From positions 9,005,146 to 9,069,145 of the forward strand of contig CM082584.2 of assembly GCA_040954595.2 (NCBI GenBank): a stretch of 64,000 bases of DNA, written 5' to 3'. A program made the translations under genes and the position numbers. Within the stretch, counting starts at the first letter, position 1. The number at the start of each line of letters is the position of its first letter. Below, piece after piece: positions 28,900-43,200 of this stretch. Source of the stretch: Balanoglossus misakiensis. Lineage: Eukaryota > Animalia > Hemichordata. Under the pieces are notes generated by a model. That model did no database searches. It had not been told where the DNA came from and saw only the letters and a list, made by a program, of their open reading frames with translations.

Positions 28900-30632
28900 T
28901 GAAAACCAGCTGTAACTGTCTGACTAGATTAAACACAGATGAGATATCTGTGAAAATCTCTTGATGACAAGAGATTCTTTTACAAGATGGCAGGTGATCG
29001 AATACCCCTCACTGAAATCCACTGATCCCTATTTTCTGCAAATGGAATGCGCCTGATTCTGAGAACAGTCAGTGAGATCATTCCATTGTAAAAGTAGAAT
29101 AGGGTTGAGTGGGTTGGTATAGTTGTCGTTCCCTTCTTCCTGAGCCGAGAGAGAAATCAGAGAATTGTCAGTTTATACATTCATTCATTTCAGTACATTT
29201 TGTATGGCTGCTTGAAGCCCTTCAGTTGGTGTAACTCTATTGTGTTCTGTAGTGCAATTAAACCCACATACAAAGAAATTGAGATGATAGGTAACATGTG
29301 CAAGGGAATGGTGCTGGGATTTCTTAGTGTGAACAGACATTCCTAAGTTTTTACTGACAAGACATCTTTCCATATCCGAATTAAATCTGCTTGAAATTAC
29401 TGTAATTAAAATTTTCCAAGATAGCTGAAATGTAGATGATAACGTCTTCTACATCAGAGAATTCAATGTATTTCTGGAAATTACGGTATATTTGACCAGC
29501 TGTGCTGGGCAGAGGCTTAAATTTATATACAGTGTATTCAGCACTTCAGTCCAAGTCTCACACGCTTTTAGAGAACACAAAAAAACTTGACCATGGATCA
29601 TTGGAATCTAGAAAAAATGTTGAAAATCAGTGATCTTATTTTAAAACTCAATAAAAGTGGCGTAACGTTTTGTATGTGATTTGTAGCAGTTTGTTCAAAG
29701 TTTTAATCACAGTCCCTATATTTACAGGAACTGTGTTTCAATGTACACATTCTCATTTACACGGATGGTTTTTAGTAAGGTGTTTCTCATGTAACTGTGT
29801 CATAAAGAGTAAATTATTAGCGGGTAGAACAAATGATAACTGTTCTGTGTAACGCGAACATTGCTGATTGGACCAACAGATTAAACAGACCACTTGATAA
29901 TTAAGCAAAACCAATTAAGTTGCAAAGAATAGTATGTGTGAATGGACTTAAGAACTGATACAGGCTGAAGTTCTCATGAAAAGTAATACTCAGAGTCATT
30001 ATATTTTTGTTCAAGTTGAAATATTAATGGCTCTTCAAGTAGTGTTTATTTTCTCAGTGTTTCTCATAATCATCCATAGTTTTAAGCACACTGCTGCTCA
30101 TTACTCTTGTATACACATATCACAAACTGTAACCAAGTGGTTTTTTTCCTCCATTTTTTGTCTGCTGCCTTTGATAATTTTTGCTTATTTTTGTTTTCCC
30201 GAAGAGCTTTCTATTTCTTATTTAGATTTTAAGCAAACTTTTTTTAAGTTACTTGGCAATATATAGAAATGTGTGCCTTTTATTCTAAAGACATTTACAC
30301 TGTTCATTGATCAATACTGTTTTTGTAGCAAGTGTATGTTATTGTGTTAATAAAAGTCGCAAAAGATGAATTTTGTTCGTACATGAAGAATGAGTCATTT
30401 GCATACAGGTGTGTACTTGGTTTTGATAGTCAATGAATGGTTGCATGAAAAGAAACATAGGCAAACTGCCGAACCATCAGAAGGAATCGTACAGTTTAAT
30501 ACATTTGTTTAATTTCGACCCTTTTGTTGTGATACCTGTCAAAATCAAGGAATTCTAGCACAATTACGTCATCAATCTTGTACTTTTGAAGTACGCCCCC
30601 TATAGTTGTATTTGTAGAACTTGTCGCATTAC

Positions 30633-30645
30633 AGTTCAAAGGTCA
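30633..30645 (+). promoter_or_regulatory. DR1 nuclear-receptor-type element upstream of the MCCC2-like gene
   Basis: AGTTCA-A-AGGTCA, ~155 bp before the ATG; motif match only. Confidence 0.35.
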
Positions 30646-30799
30646 GCGCCAACAGCAACACTGACGCTGCAACTGGTGCAGGTGCACAGATCCCCAAGGG
30701 CAAAAAACTACGGGTAGGGTTGGTAATTGCAGTCAACATCAATGCTTCTAGTGCATGCAAGAGATGTTGTAGTCTTCACGTGATGAATTGGACTGACTG

Positions 30800-33700
30800 A
30801 TGATCAAAATGCTCGCTTTCCGCTCGCTCAGTCTCCTCCGAAGCAAAGCACCTTTGGCGGTCGTCAAAGCTGAAGGTGGACCTGTTTACCATCTTCTGGA
30901 CAACACTTGGACAAGACGATCGAAACACACTGCCGAACAAACACGGGTCCACAGGAGGAGGGTTTTGGACGGGACAGTCGATCTGACGGATGAAGGATAT
31001 GCCAGGCGTTTGGAACATAGCAGACAGCTCGAAAGCAGATATGATCAGTTGATGGCTACCACTCTGAAAGGGGGCGGGGAGAAGGCCTCTCAGATACACG
31101 CTAAGAGGAATAAGGTTCTGGCCCGGGATCGCTTGAAGTTGTTTCTCGATAATAATGGCGAAGATTTCATTGAGTTTTCACCTTTTGCTGGATTTGGACT
31201 GGAGTATGGCGATGTGTCAGCTGCTGGTGTTGTCACAGGTATAAAACATTTTCGTAGAACAATACGGCATCTCTCCCCAACCATCCAAGGCAACTCAGTC
31301 ACTGTACCCTTTGACCTGTTGGTACACAGCTATGGGGTGCCATACCACCTTTGTGAATAGTTAACATACATCATTGTTGATAAAACAATCATTTCCAAAC
31401 AAGCTTGTCCTGTAGTTTTACCTTGTCAACTTGCTTGCAGTGTCCTAGGGGTGTTCTCATTATGATTTCAAAATTATGATCAAATATCAATGTTTTTGGA
31501 GGCAATTTTGGTTTTAAAAAAATCATTGCTTGGAAATCACTTGTCTGATTGCTTTGCATTTGTAACTTTGTTTTGCAAGATCCTAGGAATGTTTTTCATT
31601 GCTGTTGTCAGTTTGTGTTGGTAATTGATGAGTCCAAATATGTCACACTTGTACGATCAGATGGGAGCGTATAGTTACCCCAACAACACTATTTTATTTA
31701 CTCTCTAGGTGTGGGCTGGGTGAATGGTATTCCGTGCGTGATCACAGCCAATGATGCCACCATCAAGGGCGGAACCCTGTACCCCATTGGAGTCAAGAAA
31801 CAACTGCGTGCCCAAGAGGTTGCAATACTGAACAGATTACCATGCGTCTACATTGTTGACAGTGGGGGCGCATTCCTTCCTCTGCAGGTAGAAGAAATCT
31901 CTGTTCAGTGTTTTTGCTGAGTAACACTTATGCTACCTGTTAGGGGTACCAAGTTTACCTTTCTTGGATTTCTGATCATCATCTCAAGAGAAACGAGACA
32001 TGTACTTCTTTTCTTTCTCGAACAGGCCGACATTTTCCCTGATAAGAATCACGGTGGTCAGACTTTTTATAATGAAGCAATCATGTCTTCCATGAAGATT
32101 CCTCAGGTAAGACGATATACCTCCTGAACAACAACAACACGAAAACAAACAGCCAAATATGGTTTGGTCCATTACATTTGTTGCCACTTGAGGTTGTTGA
32201 CCCAAGTCCTCAAATTCATTGAAAGTCTGCAAAAGATCATGTTCGACGGCACATTGACATTGACCCCATAATATTGATTTTTACAGGTAGCCATTGTCTG
32301 TGGTTCGTGCACTGCTGGGGGTGCATACGTACCAACCATGGCAGACGAAGCTGTCATTGTGAAGGGCACGGGTACAATCTTCCTTGGTGGACCACCGTTA
32401 GTCTATGCTGCCATTGGCGAATTAGTGTCTGCAGAAAAACTCGGGGGAGCAGATTTACATTGCAGGTAATTATGAAGGGGTACATAATTCAATGTTGTGT
32501 AAGGCTGTGTTGTAACAACTACCAACACATTTCCGTATGCTTTTCTTTTTCAGAATCAGTGGCTGTACTGATCATTATGCAGAAAATGAAGAAGAAGCCT
32601 TCGCTATTGGCAGGGACATAATGACTACACTAAATATGCATTCAGTTTACGACATGCCTTCCCCAAAGTACCAAGAGCCTCTCTACCCGGCAGAGAACCT
32701 CCCGGCGTTTGCAACCACTGGGCCTAATGAAGAGATTGAAATGCACAAAGTGAGTGTTAATACTGCAGTTATTGCACTGGATGAACCGTTGCCTTGGTTA
32801 TTTTGGAGTATATGCGACCTCTACAGGTCATGTAGTTGAATACTTTCGTTTTTATAGTACACTTTTTTTTCTGTAATTAAATAGGTATACATTTTCAGCA
32901 TTTTTTGTAACAATTTGTCCTTGTCTCTGTAGTTATTGGCTCATCTGGTAGATGGTAGCTATTTTCATGAATTCAAGGCTCTGTACGGCCCAACACTCAT
33001 CACTGGCTTTGCACATATCTGTGGGTAAGTCAATGCCTGACATGTGTATATCATCTGAAACAATTTATTATAAGAATTTATTAGTAATTTAGCTAGTGTG
33101 TTGATGATTTCTCTTTTTCAATATGGCAGCCGTCTGGTAGGAATGGTGGCCAATCAGGGCATGGTATCCCACGATGCAGCGCTCAAGGGAGCTCACTTTG
33201 TTGAGTTGTGTTGCCAGCGAGACATTCCGATCATCTTCCTGCAAAATACAACATCGAGCGACGCCAAGCCTGCCGAAACGTACAAAGGGTATGAAGGGGA
33301 CACTCTGAGAGCCAAGGCAAAAATGATGGCCACCATCGCCTGTGCTGAAGTTCCAAAAATTACAGTGATTGTGGGAGGAAGCTATCACTCTGAAAATTTG
33401 CTCATGGTAAGTGGTGAGCTTTCACTCAGTGATGTCTATAACGTTGTCAGGTTTAGACAAGGTTAAGTTTAGACTTATCACTTTTATATTTTTTTATTGT
33501 TACACACACTGCCCTTCAGTATACAAAGTCTTTGCAGTCTGTACAGTAATTTCTTTACTGACAGCAAATCCTTGTGTTTCTCTCCCTCCAATCTTAGTGC
33601 GGTAGATCGTTTGATCCGAGACTGTTGTGGGTGTGGCCCAATGCAACTCAGGGAGTACAGGTCAGTACAATGTACATGCTATGATAAAAACTTGCAACCT

Positions 33701-34169
33701 AGTTTTGGTTGTAGTTGTGAAAATTTCCCGTTTTACAGTATATCTTTGTATTGTAACCACAGTGAGTATTGCATTTTATTCTCTTGGATTGCAGGATGAT
33801 CCAAGAGATGCCTTCTATTCAACAGCCAGACTGTGGGATGATGGGATTATACTGCCTCAAAATACAAGACAGGTAAATATAGATTTTTATTTCCCGTGGC
33901 CAGGTGTATGTACAGCGTTATAATCTGGTACATTATCTCACAAGCTGGTTCTAATAAGTATCTTCTAATTTCACCCAACCTCATATGAAATAAATCACCT
34001 CAGTTCATTCATGAAGATCATCTTTAAATTTTCTACTTCAGGTGGTAATGTGAGACAAACATTGAAGTTTTTTTTTCTCCTTTCTCCCCAGGTTCTGAAG
34101 AAATCCTTATCCATAGTGACACACTTCTCAGAATCGAAGACAACTAAATATGGTGTTTTAAGAATGTAG
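30800..34169 (+). CDS. MCCC2L: Methylcrotonyl-CoA carboxylase beta-like carboxyltransferase (divergent MCCC2 paralog), probably mitochondrial
   Basis: Arg/Ser/Leu-rich N-terminus ([13 protein letters not shown]). Spliced exons give [86 protein letters not shown] and the C-terminus YGVLRM*. Confidence 0.88.
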
Positions 34170-35563
34170 CTTTTGAAGAAGAAAATAATAGACACAATTC
34201 GCACTGCTATTGTTCAGAGGTCATATGTAATGAACTGCCACTGTTCTACGTTTTCATGGAAATCAGGATTCCATTTCATATGTACATGTAGACATGCATA
34301 ACAAATTCCAAATGTAGTTTGGGTCCTTGGGGATTGATGTGTGCTATCCTGCTTATTTTCTGAAGCCGGGGGGATCAGTATTCTGTATATACATTCTATA
34401 TGCATACTCCGAAGAGGTCTTAATAATTGCAATCCTTCATTTAATGGTTCAGGTTACTGATATTTCATGACAGAGTACATTTTCTAAAGAAATGAAAATT
34501 ATCGGATAATTTTGTAATTTTTATGGCAGATGTACTTTAATTTATTGTTGATGTTGGGCAACTTTGCAATGCAATGTTACTGTACCTACTTATTACTATG
34601 CCTATGTTTGCTTCTTGGTTATAATTTTTTGATCTGCTGCACCTGAATAAATAAACTTTGGTTCAATGGCTTTACCTTGATGATATTGTCTAAGTCTTTC
34701 TTTGGGGTTGGAATGTTGTGAAAGAGGGGTTCTGCAGTTTGATATCCTAAAAGAAGAGACACATTTTAGTTTCAAAATGGTGCCCCAACAACACCATGAT
34801 GTCAATAAAATCCATATTCTAGCGCCTAAGAAGTTATCCAGGCTTTTTTTAAAAGTCTACTTTCATTTTGAACAAAATTATGTTTATAATATGGGTTTGT
34901 GCAGCTAATGCGACCCCCCCCCCCCCATTTGGTACGATGGTAGGCCCTTACTTCCCTATACCTTAGTATGGCTAAAAATGGACCCTTTAAGTGTTCCAAA
35001 GTTTTTCAAGAAATAAAATAGTATATCATATAGTATGACTAAAGAGCAAGTTAAATTGGAATTTGATAAGTTTTATCAGAAAAAAAACGTTCCTCGAAAG
35101 TGTAACGGAACCCCACATGAAATTGTTGCCATCGATTGTTTATTGTGATGAAATGCTTAGAAAGTTAGGGAGCCAATATTGAGCGCCATATTGGATTTCC
35201 GTGAGGGCTGTACGTCTGCTGCTGAGATACTGTATCTTGGAAATCACCTGATAAAATCCTTCTGTTTTGTTCGTCTGCTCTCCAAGATATTCGTAAGTGT
35301 ACACACAGTTACCGAGTTTTATGACTGGGGTGTGAAATGTGCCTACGTTTAGACCATTATTCACAGTGAGCTCGTTTCCGATTGTCGATCGAGCGATGGA
35401 AGGTTGTGTCAATTGCAATGTTTGCACACAGTGTGTACATGATGTCACTGTCTGTGATCAGGTACAGAAATGTTCCAGAAACAACACTGTCTCCACAGTG
35501 TAATGTGTACACTTGTAAGAAACACACAGTACATTCAATTCTTTAACAGAGCAGTGCCTCAAA

Positions 35564-38500
35564 ATGAGTGACGTACGAGACATCCTGGACCTTGATGGGA
35601 CTGGGACTATGCAGAAAGAACAAGTCGTAAAGGCTCCAACAAAAGAAGACATCTTGGGTAGTCAGGTAATTATGCTGTCAGTGATATGATATCCAATGGA
35701 TGTTCCCCATAATTTTATGTCAGGAATATACATGGACAACTGGGAATAGGAATGGATGTGGTAGAATCAATCCAGAGTCCACTAATGGAGTATTGCCAAG
35801 ACTGCCAATGAAGATCTATATGCTAATAAAATTCTGGTTTTGTCTCTGTATTACAGACCCCCAGACCGAAGAAACTGATTGAAAACACTTTCAAGAGACC
35901 AGAGGGCATGCACAGAGAGGTTTACGCTCTGCTGTATTCAGATAACAAGTATGTCAATCTGACATATGTCGTCTTGAGAAAATCTTATATCTGAGCTTCA
36001 AATAACTTCCTTTGTGGACTTTCGCATTTCTTCAAAACATTTTTTCTCCATTGAATTGATGCGTCTGTCTTTCAGAGATGGCCCACCTCTGATGCCAAGT
36101 GATTCCTGCCAGGGTTACAAACAGATGAAAGCAAAGCTCGGTCGAAGTAAAGTACGTCCATGGAAATGGATGCCATTTACAAATCCAGCCCGAAAAGTAA
36201 GTTCATATGTTGTAAAGAAGTTAAACATCTATGCCAAGTGCTTGAAATCAACTGACTCAATGTACTGAATTGAGATAACCAAATTGTCTGTCAATCACTT
36301 TGTAGGATGGTGCAATATTCTATCACTGGAGACGAACAACAGATGAAGGCAAAGATTACCCATTTGCAAGATTTAATAAGGTAGGAGTGATTGGAGATAT
36401 GTTTTCAGATTTTCCACATGTGGGGAACTTGGTTATGCAGCTTACTTCAAGACACAAAAATAGTGCATTTCTTACTATTTGCCATTGGAATATAATGCAT
36501 TGTATGTTTTGCTACAGACAATACAGGTGCCAGTGTATTCCGACCAAGAATATCAAATGCACATCCACGATGACAGTTGGACACGCCAAGAAACAGATCA
36601 TCTCTTCGATCTCTGTAGGCGGTTCGATCTCAGATGGTTTGTCATCCACGACAAGTTTGACCACTCACAGTACCAGGTAGGTTTATGAAGAAACTTTAGT
36701 GACTAACACTAAAGCCTCTAGATTACCGGTAGAAGTGAAAAATCACCAGCCCAGCCCAACTTCTGACTAGCTCACTAGTAATTCAGTCAAATATATGACC
36801 AGGCTGTCAGACAGAACAAGAACTACTAGCCCTAGGGTTTTGCTCACCCCTTAACCATAAGTAATAATGATTTGACTGACCATGCAGTCTGTCATATCAT
36901 TCATGTCTCATGTCCAATATCCAATAGGAACGTAGTGTGGAGGATCTGAAAGAGCGTTACTACACAATCATCAGCAAGCTGTCCAAGATCAGGGCAGATC
37001 CCAGTCACAGTGCAAGGACGCCCCCAGTGTTCGATGCCGACCATGAAAGAAAGAGAAAAGAGCAGCTTCAGAGGCTGTTCAGTCGGACCAATGAGCAGGT
37101 GGGCGTGGCAGATGTTGTATGACATCATCATCTCTGTATTTTTTCCACAAAGTTCACCTCACACATAACCCTGTCTTGGAAATATCTTTCCTAACTCTGC
37201 CTTTTTTATGCATGTGAACTTGAAGGTCGAAGAGGAACAGTACCTTATTCAAGAGTTGAAGAAAATCGAACTGAGAAAGAAGGAACGAGAGAAGAAGGCG
37301 CAAGATTTACAGAAACTGATCACAGCAGCTGATAACAACACGGATGTCAGAAGGACAGAAAGAAAAACCACCAAAAAGAAAACATTACCTCCTCAGAAAA
37401 GAAAAGAAACAGATGGAAGACTTAAAGTAAATATTCACGTTCAGTATTCCTTTCATGAAATATGATATAACTCGTACAATGAAATCAGTTTTAAACAGGG
37501 CAATCAGTCTCTGTCAGGGTTTTCTACACGATGGTTGGCATTGGTTGGGCCCGACCAGCACACAAGTTTCTGCTTCAATAAACTAACTGGTTTTCTCATT
37601 AATTTCAGATTCCAGAGACTGCGGGCATAAAATTCCCGGATATCAAGCAATCAGGAGTTTCACTCCGGAGTCAGAGGGTGAGTCCGGAATAATTTAATCC
37701 TTTGCGTGAATCCGTGTTCCTGGACATGTGTTACTCATACCTTGTATCCTTGTATTTTTGTTGGTGAGCTTTCTTTGTGAGTTTGACTTGTGCGAGAGTA
37801 ATGTCGAGGTCATGAAAGGGTTTAATATGATAACAACACTTTGAACGAAAGAAAGAAATGGCTACAATGTATTTCTCTGTACTGATGATGTTCAACTCTC
37901 CATTTGTGTAGATGAAATTACCGTCATCTGTTGGACAAAAGAAAATGAAAGCCATCGAACAGCTTCTGGAGGAACTGGGCATACCTCTGATACCCATGCC
38001 TACTGAAGAAATATGCTATCAGTTCAATGAGCTCAGGTCAGTTGCTATTTGCATATAACCTTTGACATGGGTTAGCTGGGGTCACTGGATATTTGCATAC
38101 TACCCCAAACATTATTATTGTGTTTGTGCAGCAGACTCTCAATTAGGCATGTACAAGTGTTGGTCAATAGAGATAAGAAATGTACTAAAGAAACTTTTTT
38201 CCTTTTCAGGTCAAATATGGTATTACTGTATGAGCTGAAATTAGCATATGCAAATTCTGAATTTGAATTGCAAACGCTGAGGCATCAGTTTGACACCCTA
38301 GCTCCGGGTAAATTGTTCTCACCGACATCCAAGACACCCTCCGCCAGTACAAGTAACAACACCACGGCGAATAACAGCAGCGGTCAAAATGCAACCAATG
38401 ATGACGCCAGTGTTACCATGACAACTGTTGCCAGTGAGGACGGTATGGCAGTGGACGCTGCTGTGATGGACAATGAGACAGAAAGCCTGGATGAACAAGC

Positions 38501-38923
38501 ACAGTCGCCTTCCAGAACAAGAAAGGTATGTTTCTGCATAAAAACACACAATATACATAGTTGACTGAAATTTTATACAAAATCACACAAGAACAGCTTT
38601 ATAGGCAAACAGTCCATTTTACGTTCAAAGTTCCATTTTCTCTTTCATCAAGTCTTATCAAGTTAACCTGATTTTTTTCTTTTCTCCAGATTTCTGAAAT
38701 TATCGATGTTGTATCAACCACGCCCAGCACACCAACTGCTGTAAGTATAGAAAAATTGGCTTCATGTATATAGGACAGAAAGTTTAAATGCTGTAAAATT
38801 CAAAAATGAGAGACCACACAAATAAAAGTTGTTTGTTGTGTTTCTATTTAACAGCAGAGAAAACGACGCATGGAACCTGGCAGTACTGTGGCGGTCAAGA
38901 AGATGAAAGGTGCACGAACTTGA
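35564..38923 (+). CDS. DMAP1: DNA methyltransferase 1-associated protein 1 (SWC4/EAF2 homolog, SANT domain)
   Basis: MSDVRDILDL..., FKRPEGMHREVYALLYSD, KVRPWKWMPFTNPARKDGA, WTRQETDHLFDLCRRFDLRW, RSVEDLKERYY, ELKKIELRKKEREKKAQDLQKLITAAD, C-terminal RKRR...KKMKGART*. A probable non-coding first exon ends at the gtaagt donor at 35293. Confidence 0.95.
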
Positions 38924-40250
38924 TGTTGACTTTGGTGAAAGCAGAAGGCGGAGAGGTAACAACACAAGCACAATGATCATGCATGGACCAAACCCAATAT
39001 CATCCGGAAGTTTTTTGTACAAAATATTTTATTTGAACACGCATCACACGGTTAATTTTAATAGTAATTAATACAAAACATTGCAAAAATTATCACATAA
39101 CGATACTGCATTAGAACTTGTACATTATGCATAATATTTTGCATAGCAAATAAAATACTACATGATGTGATACATTAAAATAGTGTTTATTTATTCTGCG
39201 GTGGTCCCAATCAATAAAGGCACGTCAAATTTATTCATGATCAGTCTTTCATTTATTTTGTACAATCTCAGTTGAGGCTACCTTCTCGCGTAACCAAGGT
39301 GACGAGGTCATTGTCCATATACTGGAATCCGATAAAATAGCTTTTTGGCAATGAACTTTGGCGTGGACGGTTTTCATTGAACATACACGAAATTAGGGAG
39401 GAAATCTTGTCAGATGTTTGTGTCACCAATTTGGCTGGTGGTCTGTACATGTGGTTACTTGAAGACTGCCCGTTTTTACGGTAATAATAATACGACTTTG
39501 TCAATCTGTTCAGCACCTGTATATCTAATGCTTCTTTTAATGCAGTGAGTGTCACACTCTGACCTCACTATCAAACAGCATGTTTCAACTTTAATTTGAG
39601 TAATATCGCTCATCAGTTCCATTTCAGTTTTAAAAAAATGTTAATCAAGCGCTACGATCACTGTTCAGCACCGTTCTGTGAAATGAACCTTCAGTGATGA
39701 CATGGCAATGCACCGACACCCAGAACCCTCTTTGTTGTTATGCTATACCGTACTCAGTCCTATCCCAGCACCATTATCGCTATCTTCTCCATAAAGCTTC
39801 AAATAATTGATTATTACACCAACCAATATAAACAAACGTGTAAACAAAGACAATCTTGGAAGTTTAGATCACTCACAAATAAAATCTTGTGTGGCAACTA
39901 TTCTGTGGACGGAATCAGAATTTGTGCATAAATCTTGCCACAATATTAAATGCAGATAAATATCCAACATATACATCAATAATGCTACTTTTCTAGATTA
40001 AGAAATGTCCTTATCTTTGCTGATGCTGTGTATTTTTTATTTTCTCTGCAAGAAGAGTTTTAAAAATTTAAAAATAAGTAAATTTTGTACACTGTAGATC
40101 TGTGTGTTCACAGCAACAGAGATGTATATTTCATTATATGAGAAATAATTTTTCCTGAAAATTCACGTTGCACTTCAACATATACAAACATATCCAAACT
40201 GTAAAATTATGACATTGTCCCTAAAAGGCAGTATTTTGAGCAGAAAGGAT

Positions 40251-43200
40251 CTATTGAGCATAGACAACCCGTCGTGCTCGTATGTAGTCATCATCGTTCT
40301 GTGGTGTTGGGATAAATGTCTTCTCTATTGGCTTGGTGCTTTTGCCCTTAATACGTTCCCTGTTAGAAAAAAGAAAAGAAAATTGTGGTGTATGCAGAAG
40401 ATGAATTTTGGTTCATGAGCAAAATGTGGGCCTCAGCATAACCCATCCTAATCTCCCCAACAAGTACAGTATATGATGAGTTTCTCATACAGCTGAGCAC
40501 AATATTGTGTCATGTGACGTCGATGTGACAGTTTTCGACCAATCAATATATCGCCCTCAGTGTCGGCTTAACGATATAAGTGACTTCATGTCTGGGAATC
40601 ATACACCTGCATGTGTGAAAGTGAAAGCGCGTTTTCAAAGTATTCCACTGACAAGGCACACCGACCTGTTTAGAAAGTATCAAAGCAAAGCATTTGGCGT
40701 ACATGGTGTAAGGTACTACACTTACTGTAGCATGTTGTCCCTGACCGTGGGCTCTCTCATAACTTTGGAGTTGAACACGCTGCTGTGTCCGTTCCTGTGC
40801 TGTGCTTCATTCCAGGAATTGATGTCGTATCGACCAGCTCCAACAGGATTCTTGCAGGAAAGATATGAAAGACCAAGTTACACATCAGAAGTATAAACAC
40901 AGGTTTGTCAATGTGAAATTGCTTAAAATCACGAGGTGCAAGATTGTTTGGAATATGACTTGAGCTTGTTGTATGAATGATACATGTGTAACACATGGAA
41001 GGCATTGATTGCTTACCGAACTTCCTGTAAAGAATCTCCTGGCTCTCTTGTCGAACCTCTCGGCGGATGAGATGAACGGTGGAGGATTATGAGCCTCTAT
41101 CCTGGACATGTCCTTGGCATCATAGTTGCCTGGACCTGGATCGCTCTGTGTGAATGATGCAAAATAAAATGTCCGTCAGGCAGAGGAGAGAAAAGTGTAA
41201 CAGGCTCTAACAGACTAATCAATTATGCCAAGTCATTAACATAATGCACTGTTTTGCAAATTTTTACTGTCTAACATGTGACCCGTCTAACCCAATCAAT
41301 AGCTCTGATTCATATGTGGAATATGTACTGACCGATTTCTTGGGCCACTGTGACAGTGTGCTGCAGTACATCCTCTCCGACGGTCTGACTGGGTATTGAG
41401 AAACTTTTCCGAACTCTCCTTGTTTCTGCCGGTGTTCATCTTGCCACTTGTCCAGGAAAGTGTCCAAGTTGTACTGACCCGGTCCCAGATTTGGTAAATT
41501 CTGGGCAAGGGAAAGAGATAGGAGCATGATGTGATGAACTGCACCTGGGATATACTAAGGCTAAACATTGTTCCGCAAAAAATTATCACTGTATTAATAA
41601 TGTAACCAGTGGTTGTTGGATATGAGTTCATTATACTTACGGGTACTGCAAGATGTCCAGTTTTAATGGCCGCATTTCTGTCACCGGTAAAGAGATCATA
41701 GGGACCCCTAACACTTGTGACTTTGTTTGTCAATTCATCAGCAAAACTCTTCTTTTCATATGTGCCGGGACCAAGCTCACAGCCCTGAAAAATATGAGAA
41801 GTAGATATTATATTAATGTTACAGTTTTAACACAGGACAATAGCTGTAACGCGTGGCTTTATTTTCTCATACTCACCACAGAGGGCAGGTTTCGTGGGGT
41901 TGATGATCCAGCGTCTAACATTCCGACGTTACTCATGGATTTGGTTGCCTTCTCTTCTATTGCTGAGTGAGGAATGCCACCTTTCCCATACGTTCCTGGT
42001 CCAGGAATTCCACTCTGGCAAAACAGAAAGACAAGAAAGTCTAAGACAAAACAAGTGGCAAAGTAGCATTTCCTGTTTTGTTGGATCTCTGAGTTGAACC
42101 TGATAGTACACAAAATAGAGAAAATTTTGTTTGTTTTTGTAAACTTTGCTTTGTCATATTTACTGAAAACACCAGTTGTTTGGAATGCAAACTATGGAAA
42201 GGTGCAGTTCCCAGGGCCAAATCTTTCAAAAGTTTAAGAGAAACAAGCTATACTCAAAAGAACATGCCCCCAACCAAGGTTGAGTTAAACCACACCTGAA
42301 TGCAATCTCTGCACTAGGTGTATTATACGTCATCACTAAAGCATTGACCTTTCAACCAGTCCAGTCAATGACAGTTCACGAAGGAGTATACTCACAACTG
42401 CAACACTACGGAATCTTCGGTCCCGGGTTTCGCAAATGCCACGTGTACTGCGTGGTTTCTCATCAGTGACTTGCATAAAGTCTTTTATATTGTAACTCCC
42501 AGGTCCCAGATTCCGTTGCTGTCAAGTGACGACAAGAAAAAGAAAGTAAATTGAGCAAGTAAGACTGTGAAAAGCTTAGCTACAAAGCATTGGCACAAGA
42601 AAGTATACAAAGGGTAGTTTTATCTAACATACACTGAAACACAGAACCAGGTGACAAAAAGGTCGTTATTCAGTATTTAAGCAAGCGTGATATACTGGTT
42701 AAGTTTCTCTTTCTTAGCACATTCTACAGCGATCACAAAATGATGGCATGGTGATTGAGAATTACATTTTATTATTGGTTTTTAAAGATGTTTACTGCTA
42801 ATGATTTTTTTTATGAAGTCAGGGTTGAGTGTATTTTGTGGACCTGCTTGACTGGCCCATCTTCTTTCAGAATTGTCTTTGCCAAGTTTAGTGAGGCCCC
42901 CTCCCCACATTCCATTTGAATGTCTGAAGGGATCCTCTATACATACAAACTTCAATGACGGCATTTCACACAATGCCTGAAGAAAAAAACATCAGTGAAG
43001 CACAACCAGGACACAGTGTATGACCTTTCTGCTTCCTAAATCGAGTAGGCACACTGATTTGGATGCTAATGACATCTTCTATCACGGCTGTGAGATTGTG
43101 CTCATTGATTGTGCCACCAATTGTAGGTCTGGAGTATATATTTCATGATCAACAAGTTTTAATTAAATGCGAAGACAACCTGCTGCAAATCAAATTCAAA

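Noticed and set aside
37744-37752. GTATCCTT, resembling a U12 intron donor, in DMAP1
   Set aside because: It lies mid-intron; the exon already ends at a canonical gtgagt donor that keeps the DMAP1 frame.
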